From Promethearchaeota archaeon (lineage in GTDB: Archaea; Asgardarchaeota; Lokiarchaeia; Sigyniarchaeales; SOKP01), in the NCBI GenBank assembly GCA_048940445.1, contig JBHLON010000001.1:83386-147385 (forward strand): a stretch of DNA of 64,000 nt. The letters are read 5' to 3'. Every line of letters begins with the position of its first letter. Position 1 is the first letter of the stretch. Under the pieces are notes generated by a model. The model ran no database searches, was not told the DNA's origin, and worked only from the letters and a program-made list of their open reading frames with translations. Positions 36,181-43,772 of the stretch are shown here, one piece after another. The position numbers and the translations under genes were made by a program.

Positions 36181-37395
36181 TCATCAGTAGACTCAAAACT
36201 ATATCAATATGCAGTCCAAGAAGCTCAAGCTGCTGTAAATTTAGATGAAAAAGGTCATTTACACCAAGCAATGAATAAGTACTTTAGAGCAGCAGAAATA
36301 CTTATTCAATTTATTAAGTATAATAAAAATCCAATTATGATCAGAAAGTGTAAAGATCAAATTGAACAATACATGACTAGGGCTCAAGTTCTTAAAGAGC
36401 ATCTAAGTGGTCCAAGAGCTAGGAGGCCACATCCAAAGGCAACTCCTAGTGAACCACATGAAGGAGAACCAAATGCAGAGGAAGGAAGTCTATCAGCTGA
36501 GGAGCAGGAACTCATGGACTCTATTTCAGACACAATCTTAACAGAATCCCCTAATGTTAAGTGGAACGAAATCGCAGGTCTAAGCGATTGTAAGCAAGCA
36601 GTAAGAGAAGCTATTGTATTACCAATCATGAAACCGGATTTATTTACAGGTGCAAGAAAACCATGGTCGGGAATATTGTTATTTGGACCTCCTGGATGCG
36701 GAAAAACATTATTAGCAAAAGCGGCTGCCACGGAATGTAAAGCGACATTTTTTAGTGTCTCATCAGCAGATTTATTAAGCAAATGGTTAGGTGAAAGTGA
36801 AAAATTAATCTCATCGCTTTTTAAGTTAGCCCGAACAAGAGCACCAAGCCTAATTTTTATGGACGAAATTGATTCCGTAACCACGACTAGAGGTAGTGGA
36901 CATGAAGGAGGAGGAGAGAGAAGAGTCAAAACTCAGTTATTACAAGAAATTCAAGGCGTTAAATCAACTCATGATAAGCCAATGCTTGTGCTGGGAGCTA
37001 CAAACCGACCTTGGGATATTGATATAGCAATGTTAAGCAGATTTGAAAAGAAAGTATACGTGCCACTTCCAGATCAACCAGCAAGAGCAGGTATTTTTAA
37101 GATTCATACTTCAGGAGTTAATTCTGCCTTAACAGAAGAAGATTATATTGAATTAGCAGTTCGTACTGAGTCTTATTCTGGTAGAGACATATCAAATATT
37201 TGCCGTGAAGTCATTATGATTCCTGTAAGAGAATTAGATATGGGTGGGTTACTGGAAGATCCGGAAAAAGAAGTTGTTGTGAGAGATATAAACCTAAAAG
37301 ATTTTTTAAAGACTATAAAGAAAGTAAAGCCAATGATGACTAAGGCTGAATTGAAGAAATATCAAGTATGGGCAGAGGAATTCGGAGAATTTTAG
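36178..37395 (+). CDS. vps4: Vps4 AAA+ ATPase (MIT domain + AAA + Vps4 C-terminal helix)
   Basis: Walker A 'GPPGCGKT', Walker B 'LIFMDEID', 'ATNRPWDID' and 'LSRFEKKVYVPLP'. The MIT helices 'LYQYAVQEAQAAVNLDEKG / HLHQAMNKYFRAAEILIQFIKY / IMIRKCKDQIEQYMTRAQVLKEHL' start upstream of the first ATG (36271, the conservative start). The proposed start is ATC 36178 or ATT 36175. Confidence 0.9.
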   Translation: MSSVDSKLYQYAVQEAQAAVNLDEKGHLHQAMNKYFRAAEILIQFIKYNKNPIMIRKCKDQIEQYMTRAQVLKEHLSGPRARRPHPKATPSEPHEGEPNAEEGSLSAEEQELMDSISDTILTESPNVKWNEIAGLSDCKQAVREAIVLPIMKPDLFTGARKPWSGILLFGPPGCGKTLLAKAAATECKATFFSVSSADLLSKWLGESEKLISSLFKLARTRAPSLIFMDEIDSVTTTRGSGHEGGGERRVKTQLLQEIQGVKSTHDKPMLVLGATNRPWDIDIAMLSRFEKKVYVPLPDQPARAGIFKIHTSGVNSALTEEDYIELAVRTESYSGRDISNICREVIMIPVRELDMGGLLEDPEKEVVVRDINLKDFLKTIKKVKPMMTKAELKKYQVWAEEFGEF

Positions 37396-37396
37396 G

Positions 37397-38281
37397 ATGG
37401 AGAAACAAAGAGAAAAACCAAAAGAAATTCCAAAAAAAGTTGAAGAAAAAGCAACAATAGATCTAGATGAATTAAGAAAGGAGTTAGCACGATTAAAAGA
37501 ACTGAAGAAACAAAGAGAGTCAGAGAAGCCTCCGGAAGACATTGTTAAGGAAGAAGAAGTTATTGAAAAACCAATTTCAGAAAACATTGGAACTCGGTTA
37601 GATAGAATTGAGGATTTCTTGACAAGTAAACTTGGTGATGTAGATTTAGAAGCATATAAGCAACATTCTGCTCAAATAGAAAAAGAACTTAAAAGCATAG
37701 AACAAGAATTAGTAGGTGAAGAAGGTGTTATAGCTAAAGAGATCTCTACCTACGAATTACTACTCAATGATTATCCTTGGCTTGAAGAAAAAAGATATGT
37801 ATTCATGTATTCTATCCCTAATAAAAAAAATAATCTTAAAGATTTCGAATCATGGAAGAATGAATGGTCAAAGGTACTTTTTGATTATGCAAGATATGCA
37901 ATTCTTCACATTTTATATTTAAGAAAATTAGAATCGGAGAAGCCATTCTCTAAATTTGAAAACAGAAATACAGCTTTAGAAATAATTGCGCAGGAATTAG
38001 TCGATAGAAACCAGGCAGAATGGCTTACAAAAAGCAAAGAGAAATTAAGAATATATTGGAAAACTCTTGACAATTGGGCAGAGGAAATTTATGAATGGGC
38101 CATGGAAATATCACCTCTAGAACCCATTTTGATATTTGAAATAAGAGAATCTAATAGAGCTTTCAGTACATTACCAAAAGAGGATTTGCTTGAAATTTTC
38201 AAAAGACTTGAGAAAAATGAACGTGGAAGGATTATTAAGTCAGAGGATGGCCAAATATCTTTCAAAATAAAGGTAGAATAG
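37397..38281 (+). CDS. vps25: ESCRT-II Vps25-like protein with a ~110-aa charged N-terminal extension
   Basis: 'NQAEWLTKSKEKLRIYWKTLDNWAEEIYEWA' compares with human VPS25 'GNLEWLDKSKSSFLIMWRRPEEWGKLIYQWV' (recalled from memory). The C-terminus '...RIIKSEDGQISFKIK' compares with '...AEIITVSDGRGVKFF'. The ATG is 1 nt after the vps4 stop. Confidence 0.8.
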   Translation: MEKQREKPKEIPKKVEEKATIDLDELRKELARLKELKKQRESEKPPEDIVKEEEVIEKPISENIGTRLDRIEDFLTSKLGDVDLEAYKQHSAQIEKELKSIEQELVGEEGVIAKEISTYELLLNDYPWLEEKRYVFMYSIPNKKNNLKDFESWKNEWSKVLFDYARYAILHILYLRKLESEKPFSKFENRNTALEIIAQELVDRNQAEWLTKSKEKLRIYWKTLDNWAEEIYEWAMEISPLEPILIFEIRESNRAFSTLPKEDLLEIFKRLEKNERGRIIKSEDGQISFKIKVE

Positions 38282-38285
38282 ATTT

Positions 38286-39014
38286 TTATATCGAGGGAAA
38301 ATACCATTGCTTCCCCTTTAAAAGGGACTCTCTATATTTTGCAATACCACTTTGCTCAAGAGAATGCAAAGTCTCTAATGCTCGATCCTGAGCCCAATTT
38401 AACCCCACACATACATCCTCTAAAGACAGAAAACCCTTATCTTTAGCAATTTCTAAAACTTTTACTTGATCACTAGTATATTGTACTGGAAAGAATCTAA
38501 TCATTATAGTGCCTGAATCCAATTCAATTAAATCATCAATTACTTGATTTTTCTTTAGTATCTTCAATGCTTTATTTAAGTCTTTAATATCAACGTTTCC
38601 TTTTAAAATTCCGGTATTTATCATGTCAAAAACTTCTGAAATAGGAATTATTCCGGCTCCAATTTCTTCTTTTTGCATAAGAACTCTTTGATATGCTAAC
38701 ATACCTAACTTCTCATGATCTACCTTTGAAGACCTTTTTAAAACATCATGTTCATTAATTTGCTCGGTGATGATTTTAGAAGTAGGAATTTTATATTCTT
38801 TTTGTAAATATTTTACTTCATCCTTTAATTCTGGTGTTAAAGCTAAAACAACTCCATGTTTCTTAGCTAATTCTCTTAATCTTTCCTTTGTAAACTTTTC
38901 TGTTTCTGCTTTAGCTTGAATGTCTTTTATTCTAAGCTCTGCTGCCTTTTTCTTGATCGCTTCTTTTAAGTCAATTTCATCTTCTATTTTTCGAATACCC
39001 ATCCTGCCTAACAC
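38286..39014 (-). CDS. ESCRT-II Vps22/36-like (EAP30 domain) protein
   Basis: The N-terminal 'GRMGIRKIEDE...' helix, then tandem winged helices ending 'LNWAQDRALETLHSLEQSGIAKYRE...KQWYFPS'. This matches the SNF8/EAP30 C-terminal pattern. Confidence 0.8.
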   Translation of the reverse strand: MLGRMGIRKIEDEIDLKEAIKKKAAELRIKDIQAKAETEKFTKERLRELAKKHGVVLALTPELKDEVKYLQKEYKIPTSKIITEQINEHDVLKRSSKVDHEKLGMLAYQRVLMQKEEIGAGIIPISEVFDMINTGILKGNVDIKDLNKALKILKKNQVIDDLIELDSGTIMIRFFPVQYTSDQVKVLEIAKDKGFLSLEDVCVGLNWAQDRALETLHSLEQSGIAKYRESLLKGKQWYFPSI

Positions 39015-39080
39015 TATTTTTTAATATCTTACTTGATTAATATTAATAAATCTACTTATTTCTTTTGATTTTTCTCTGTT

Positions 39081-39656
39081 ATGAATATTTCAAAAAAAGT
39101 TAGACGAGTTAATAACTTTGAAAAAAAAATTATAACTAATACTTTTAATCAAATTTCACCAAAATTCAATGAATTGTTAGAAGAAGATAAATTTTCTATG
39201 TATATAACCTTAAATAAAGAACCTGAAAAACAGCAAATTTCAATTTACTTAATTCACAGAAAATTAAATTATTTAGAGCAATTGATTAATTTTGCTGATA
39301 TACACTCATTTGGTCTTTATTTTGGTTTCATAAAAAAAGGAAAATTCTTTTTAAGCTTAGAAGGAGCTGATTTTCTGTATAAAGGAAACTTTATTTCTAA
39401 AAAAGATGAACTCATAGTTAATAAAGAAGGAGAGAAGGCTATTCTTTATGGAAATAACGTACTAAAGAAAATGATATTACATTTTCCCCTAGAAGCAAAA
39501 AGTGAAAGTCTAATAATGATTTTAAACGAATTAGAAGAATTAATAGGTATTGGGTTTACTAAGATTAAAGGTGATGATTTCAACAAATATTTTCCAGAGG
39601 ATCTGATTACAGTAAATTTAATCGATAAAGGGTATTACCTAAGAAGAGAAAATTAA
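39081..39656 (+). CDS. NIP7-like ribosome biogenesis protein (UPF0113, C-terminal PUA domain)
   Basis: 'HSFGLYFGFIKKGKFFLSLEGADFL' and 'EKAILYGNNVLKKMI' follow the NIP7 pattern. A Nop2/Sun methyltransferase gene is adjacent. Confidence 0.65.
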   Translation: MNISKKVRRVNNFEKKIITNTFNQISPKFNELLEEDKFSMYITLNKEPEKQQISIYLIHRKLNYLEQLINFADIHSFGLYFGFIKKGKFFLSLEGADFLYKGNFISKKDELIVNKEGEKAILYGNNVLKKMILHFPLEAKSESLIMILNELEELIGIGFTKIKGDDFNKYFPEDLITVNLIDKGYYLRREN

Positions 39657-39659
39657 TTA

Positions 39660-40646
39660 TTAAGTTATTCTTTTAATCAAGCAAAAAAAGAATCCAATTG
39701 TATTATGAAGATGAGGATATAGCCTCTGAGAATATTTAAGGTCATCCAAAAGGTGTTTTTTATAATAAGATGTTAATCCTTGCATTCCATAATTTTTATT
39801 AATTTTTTGAATTTTAAATTTAGACTGATTTCTCAAAACCTTGTCTATTACTAATTCATTCTCTTCAGGACTTATAGAACAAGTACTATATAATAATAAG
39901 CCCTCTTGCTTTAATGAATGGAGTCCAGCATTTAATAATTCTTTCTGGACTTTAGCCAATTTTTCTAAGTCATGCATAGTTCTACTCTTTTTTCTACTTG
40001 AATCCTCTCTTATTAAACCCTCACCGGTACAAGGAGCGTCCAATAATATTTTATCAGCTTTAATGTTTAATTCTAATAAATTTCTTGCATCATTTTTTAA
40101 AATAATTGAATTGTTAATTCCCATTCTGCGTATATTCATTTCTAAAGACGAAATTCTCTTAGAATTTTTTTCAATTAGAATAAGAGTTCCTTGATTATTC
40201 ATAATTTGAGCTAAATGGGTTGATTTGCCTCCAGGAGCAGCGCACATATCTATTACAATTTCATTTATTTTGGGATTGAGAATCATTGGCGGAAGCATAG
40301 AGGCGGTATTTTGTAAATAATAATAACCTTGTAAATACTCATGAGTAGAACCAAGATTAAATTTAGTTTTTAAAACCTCGAATCCATAGGGAATCCATTT
40401 TATATTTTTTAACTTTAAACCTTTCTTTGTTAATCTGTATTTTAAGTTCTCTGTAGTTATCCTTAATGTATTAACTCTCAAAGATGGAATCAATGGTATT
40501 TCATTTGCTTCTAATAGCTTTATAGTATCTTCCAAACCTAAAATTTGGATATATCTCTCAATCATATAGGGGAGATAACCAAACTTTTGGGCAAGTTCTT
40601 CGCTTCTTTTTAGGGGATTAGATATTTTACTGTCAACTCGATCCAT
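39660..40646 (-). CDS. RNA cytosine-C5 methyltransferase (NOL1/NOP2/Sun family)
   Basis: SAM motif 'VIDMCAAPGGKSTHL', catalytic 'LLDAPCTGEG' and 'LLYSTCS'. Confidence 0.9.
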   Translation of the reverse strand: MDRVDSKISNPLKRSEELAQKFGYLPYMIERYIQILGLEDTIKLLEANEIPLIPSLRVNTLRITTENLKYRLTKKGLKLKNIKWIPYGFEVLKTKFNLGSTHEYLQGYYYLQNTASMLPPMILNPKINEIVIDMCAAPGGKSTHLAQIMNNQGTLILIEKNSKRISSLEMNIRRMGINNSIILKNDARNLLELNIKADKILLDAPCTGEGLIREDSSRKKSRTMHDLEKLAKVQKELLNAGLHSLKQEGLLLYSTCSISPEENELVIDKVLRNQSKFKIQKINKNYGMQGLTSYYKKHLLDDLKYSQRLYPHLHNTIGFFFCLIKRIT

Positions 40647-40700
40647 TCTATTAATACTTAATAAAAAATAATGAATTATATTTGTTATTAGTAAAGTAAG

Positions 40701-41309
40701 TTGAAGGATATGATTGAAGTCGAAATAAAAGTAGCTATTTCTAATCCAAAGTTGATATTAACAAAAGTAAAAGAACTAAATGGAAAATATATTATGTCGT
40801 TGAATCATGAAGATACATACTATAATATGCCAAATGGTTTAAGAAATTTCAAAGAAACCGATGAAGCACTCCGAATAAGGAAAGTTATCGAATTTAATAA
40901 ATATAAAGCTGATAAATCTTACTTGATCAAGGGTTATATCACTTATAAAGGACAAAAAATCGACCAAACAACCAAAACTCGTGAAGAAATAGAGATTGAA
41001 ATAGATGATTTCAAAAGTATGAAAAGTATGTTATTACATCTTGGATTTAAAGAAATAATTACTGTAAAGAAAGAAAGGGAATTATATGAATTTTGGTTTA
41101 AAAATAACAAAATTGAATTATTACTGGATTTTTTACCCCTTCTAAATCAAAATTTCATAGAAACTGAAATAATAATAAATGATAAGAAAAATATCAATAA
41201 AACTAAAGAGATTATGTTCGACTTTCTTAAACTATTTGGAGTAACTGAAAAGGAATCAATAAGAGAATCTTATTTAGAGTTAATAACAAAAAAGCTGCAT
41301 ATTCTATAA
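40701..41309 (+). CDS. CYTH-domain protein (triphosphate tunnel metalloenzyme / CyaB-like)
   Basis: ExExK signature 'IEVEIKV' at the N-terminus, 'EALRIRK', and 'EIEIEID'. The TTG 40701 or ATG 40710 start is uncertain. Confidence 0.75.
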   Translation: MKDMIEVEIKVAISNPKLILTKVKELNGKYIMSLNHEDTYYNMPNGLRNFKETDEALRIRKVIEFNKYKADKSYLIKGYITYKGQKIDQTTKTREEIEIEIDDFKSMKSMLLHLGFKEIITVKKERELYEFWFKNNKIELLLDFLPLLNQNFIETEIIINDKKNINKTKEIMFDFLKLFGVTEKESIRESYLELITKKLHIL

Positions 41310-41342
41310 TAAAGATTTTTAAGTAGAAAGATGAATGCTTGC

Positions 41343-41519
41343 TTAATTTGATAGCAATTCAGCGAACTTTTGGATCTCCATTTCTAATTCTTTTTTAATG
41401 ATACATAGATTATAGTTTTCATAAACGATTTTGGCAGCATCAGTTTGAATTAATTTTGCCTTCTTAGAAATTTTATTTACAAAATCTAAAAATTGATAAT
41501 AATCGGCATTATTCTCCAT
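41343..41519 (-). CDS. Possible small helical protein (58 aa), below the ORF-track threshold
   Basis: My manual translation is 'MENNADYYQFLDFVNKISKKAKLIQTDAAKIVYENYNLCIIKKELEMEIQKFAELLSN*'. It has no obvious SD. It is the only ORF in a 537-nt gap. Confidence 0.25.
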   Translation of the reverse strand: MENNADYYQFLDFVNKISKKAKLIQTDAAKIVYENYNLCIIKKELEMEIQKFAELLSN

Positions 41520-41846
41520 TTCTACATTCGTCTCATACTTTTATATTTTCTTAATTCATTATGGTTTAATGTTAATTAATAGATCATCAATAACACTTAA
41601 TAACAATCTGGAGTCCAATTATTAAGAAATCATAAGTTTAATTGCTAAGCACCTACGTGATTAAGACTTATTCTAATAAAGAGTGTGGGAATAAGCACCC
41701 ATTTCTTCTTAAAGTTATCTCCAATATTTTTAATGAGTTTTTTTTACATTTTAACTATTAATTGGATATAGACTTTCTCTTAAACAAACAAGCTTCAAAT
41801 AATTGACATCATTAAATAATAAAGAATTATGAGATTTAATGATCAA

Positions 41847-43361
41847 TTAGATAATTATTGTAATCTCATCAACAATTTGTTCTTTCTTTTTGGGTTTTAT
41901 ATCTGTTTTAATATCTTGTAATTGAATTTTAGTTTGAGAAAATTTATTTCCTCTATTTAATCTATTAAATGTATTCTTTTTTTCATTTGAAAATGTTTTA
42001 AAATTGAATCCCATGAGGTTCTCTGCTTCCTTGTTTTTAAATTTCATTAGCCAATTGAAATCATCTAAATATAGAACTATCTCATCTAATAATGTAATCT
42101 TTTCCAATTCAGTTGTAAAATACGTATCTCTGACCTTAATTGGAATGGGTCTGCCCCACTCTTGAAGTTCGTCTATTAGTAATAAGAAAAAAGCTAATGG
42201 ATGTTTATCAAATGTATATTCTTTTAGTTGTGCTTTAAAATTGTGGATCGCCATTGCTTTTGCCACTAAAATATAGCCTGAATATTCATCATTATTTTTA
42301 ATTTCATCAGGTGTCCCCAAGCTATTCAATAAAGAAAGAGCAGAAATTACACCATGGTCTAGGTTTATTGGATTTGTATATTCATATTCTGGATGACCTT
42401 TTTCTCCTTTAAGGTAAATTTGCGGTTCTTTAGGAATTAAACTTGGATGATCAATTCCCGTTCCGATTCTTATGAGTGACCGTGCTTCCTTTGAGAGCCC
42501 TTCTTCAATTATTTTTAAGTAAGCTTCTTGAGATCCTTTCCATGATAATCCAATTTCAAGAGGTATAAATTCAAGATCCAGAGTAGGATAACATTTTAGC
42601 AATTGATTTACTAATGAATAATTAATAGCTGTCGTCATTTTACTTAATGGGTAGCCAATATCATGGATTAACCCTGCAATCCACCAAAATTTATCTTTAA
42701 TTACATTCTTTTCTAATTCAGTCAAATCTGCAATAACACCAGCTAACTCGCCTTGCCCTAAATCTTGCTCTAAAAGAAAATCTCCTAAAACTGCTACTCG
42801 AAGCGCATGCTCTGTATGATCTCTATAATATTTTTTAACACTAGTACTATATAAGAATGCTTCTAGGTCTGGTAAAGCACGAAGTAAATATAATATTCCT
42901 TCTGAATCAATTCCACGTTCTTTTGATACATCATAAAGAGCAGATGATAGATTTTTTTGCTTTCCCATTAAAAAGTCAAGATCAAGCTCAGTTTCTAACT
43001 GACTCTTAATTTCCTTATGAACTGAGCTCACAATTTTATTTGCTAAATCTGTACCAAATCCTAAAGCTTTTCTCTCTAAGAATCCTATATTACCCAATTC
43101 TTTTTGAATATTAGGTAATTCTCTTCGGAGAATTGCTAAATTACGATCAATATCTTTAAGAGAAGCTATGTCTCCATTTTGTTTTACTTTTTCAAGACTC
43201 TTAGGTGTTATTTCTTTTACACTTTTTTGGACTGTATCAATTACATTATTTAACCAATCAGTAAAGCTTGAGCTTTGAGAAGAAATTCGATCTAAAACCC
43301 ATTTATCGTTAATGATGTGTTCGCTCAAATTTAACACCAGTATTATTTCAATAAGCAACAA
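41847..43361 (-). CDS. HD-domain phosphohydrolase with a long helical N-terminal extension
   Basis: 'RDHTEHALRVA', 'GLIHDIGYP' and 'LLLIDELQEWGRP'. The N-terminal ~170 aa are coiled-coil-like. The start is uncertain (TTG 43361, with GTG and TTG alternatives a few codons in). Confidence 0.7.
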   Translation of the reverse strand: MLLIEIILVLNLSEHIINDKWVLDRISSQSSSFTDWLNNVIDTVQKSVKEITPKSLEKVKQNGDIASLKDIDRNLAILRRELPNIQKELGNIGFLERKALGFGTDLANKIVSSVHKEIKSQLETELDLDFLMGKQKNLSSALYDVSKERGIDSEGILYLLRALPDLEAFLYSTSVKKYYRDHTEHALRVAVLGDFLLEQDLGQGELAGVIADLTELEKNVIKDKFWWIAGLIHDIGYPLSKMTTAINYSLVNQLLKCYPTLDLEFIPLEIGLSWKGSQEAYLKIIEEGLSKEARSLIRIGTGIDHPSLIPKEPQIYLKGEKGHPEYEYTNPINLDHGVISALSLLNSLGTPDEIKNNDEYSGYILVAKAMAIHNFKAQLKEYTFDKHPLAFFLLLIDELQEWGRPIPIKVRDTYFTTELEKITLLDEIVLYLDDFNWLMKFKNKEAENLMGFNFKTFSNEKKNTFNRLNRGNKFSQTKIQLQDIKTDIKPKKKEQIVDEITIII

Positions 43362-43402
43362 TAGTAAGCATTAAATTTTATCTTTTCTCTATTACATTAA
43401 AA

Positions 43403-43708
43403 ATGAAATATGTGGTATTGATGGAGGATATAAAAAAAAATGCTCTTGTTATTTACGAAGCAATTTTTGAAAGAAAAAAAAAAGTGATTATTGATGAAAT
43501 TGAATATCCTATCGAAAAATTCTCAAGCGGTGTTAAATATTTAGATTATTTTGGTTATCGTTATATTCAACAAAACTGGAAAAAAAAGTCAGAATGGGGT
43601 AAAAAAGCTCGCGAAGGACATAAAATTATGTGGATCATTAAAGGAAGACGTTATATAGCTAGAATTATGGATGGAGAATATACAGATTTGTTAAAAAAAG
43701 AAAATTGA
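43403..43708 (+). CDS. Hypothetical small basic protein
   Basis: 101 aa, divergent from the HD gene. It contains 'YRYIQQNWKKKSEWGKKAREGHKIMWI' and has no confident family. Confidence 0.4.
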   Translation: MKYVVLMEDIKKNALVIYEAIFERKKKVIIDEIEYPIEKFSSGVKYLDYFGYRYIQQNWKKKSEWGKKAREGHKIMWIIKGRRYIARIMDGEYTDLLKKEN

Positions 43709-43772
43709 GAAAAGTTGCTTACAATTTCTTTTAATTTATAACGTATAATTATATAATTTGAAGTATCAAAAT

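Noticed and set aside
36209-36238. ATG at 36209 as a possible upstream start for vps4
   Set aside because: It is in a different reading frame and hits TAA after 9 codons. It cannot encode the MIT helix 1 that is seen in the Vps4 frame.
36384-36929. 181-aa ORF antisense to vps4
   Set aside because: It lies fully inside a strongly motif-supported AAA ATPase gene on the opposite strand. Its Ser/Pro/Leu-rich, low-complexity translation is typical of antisense shadow ORFs.
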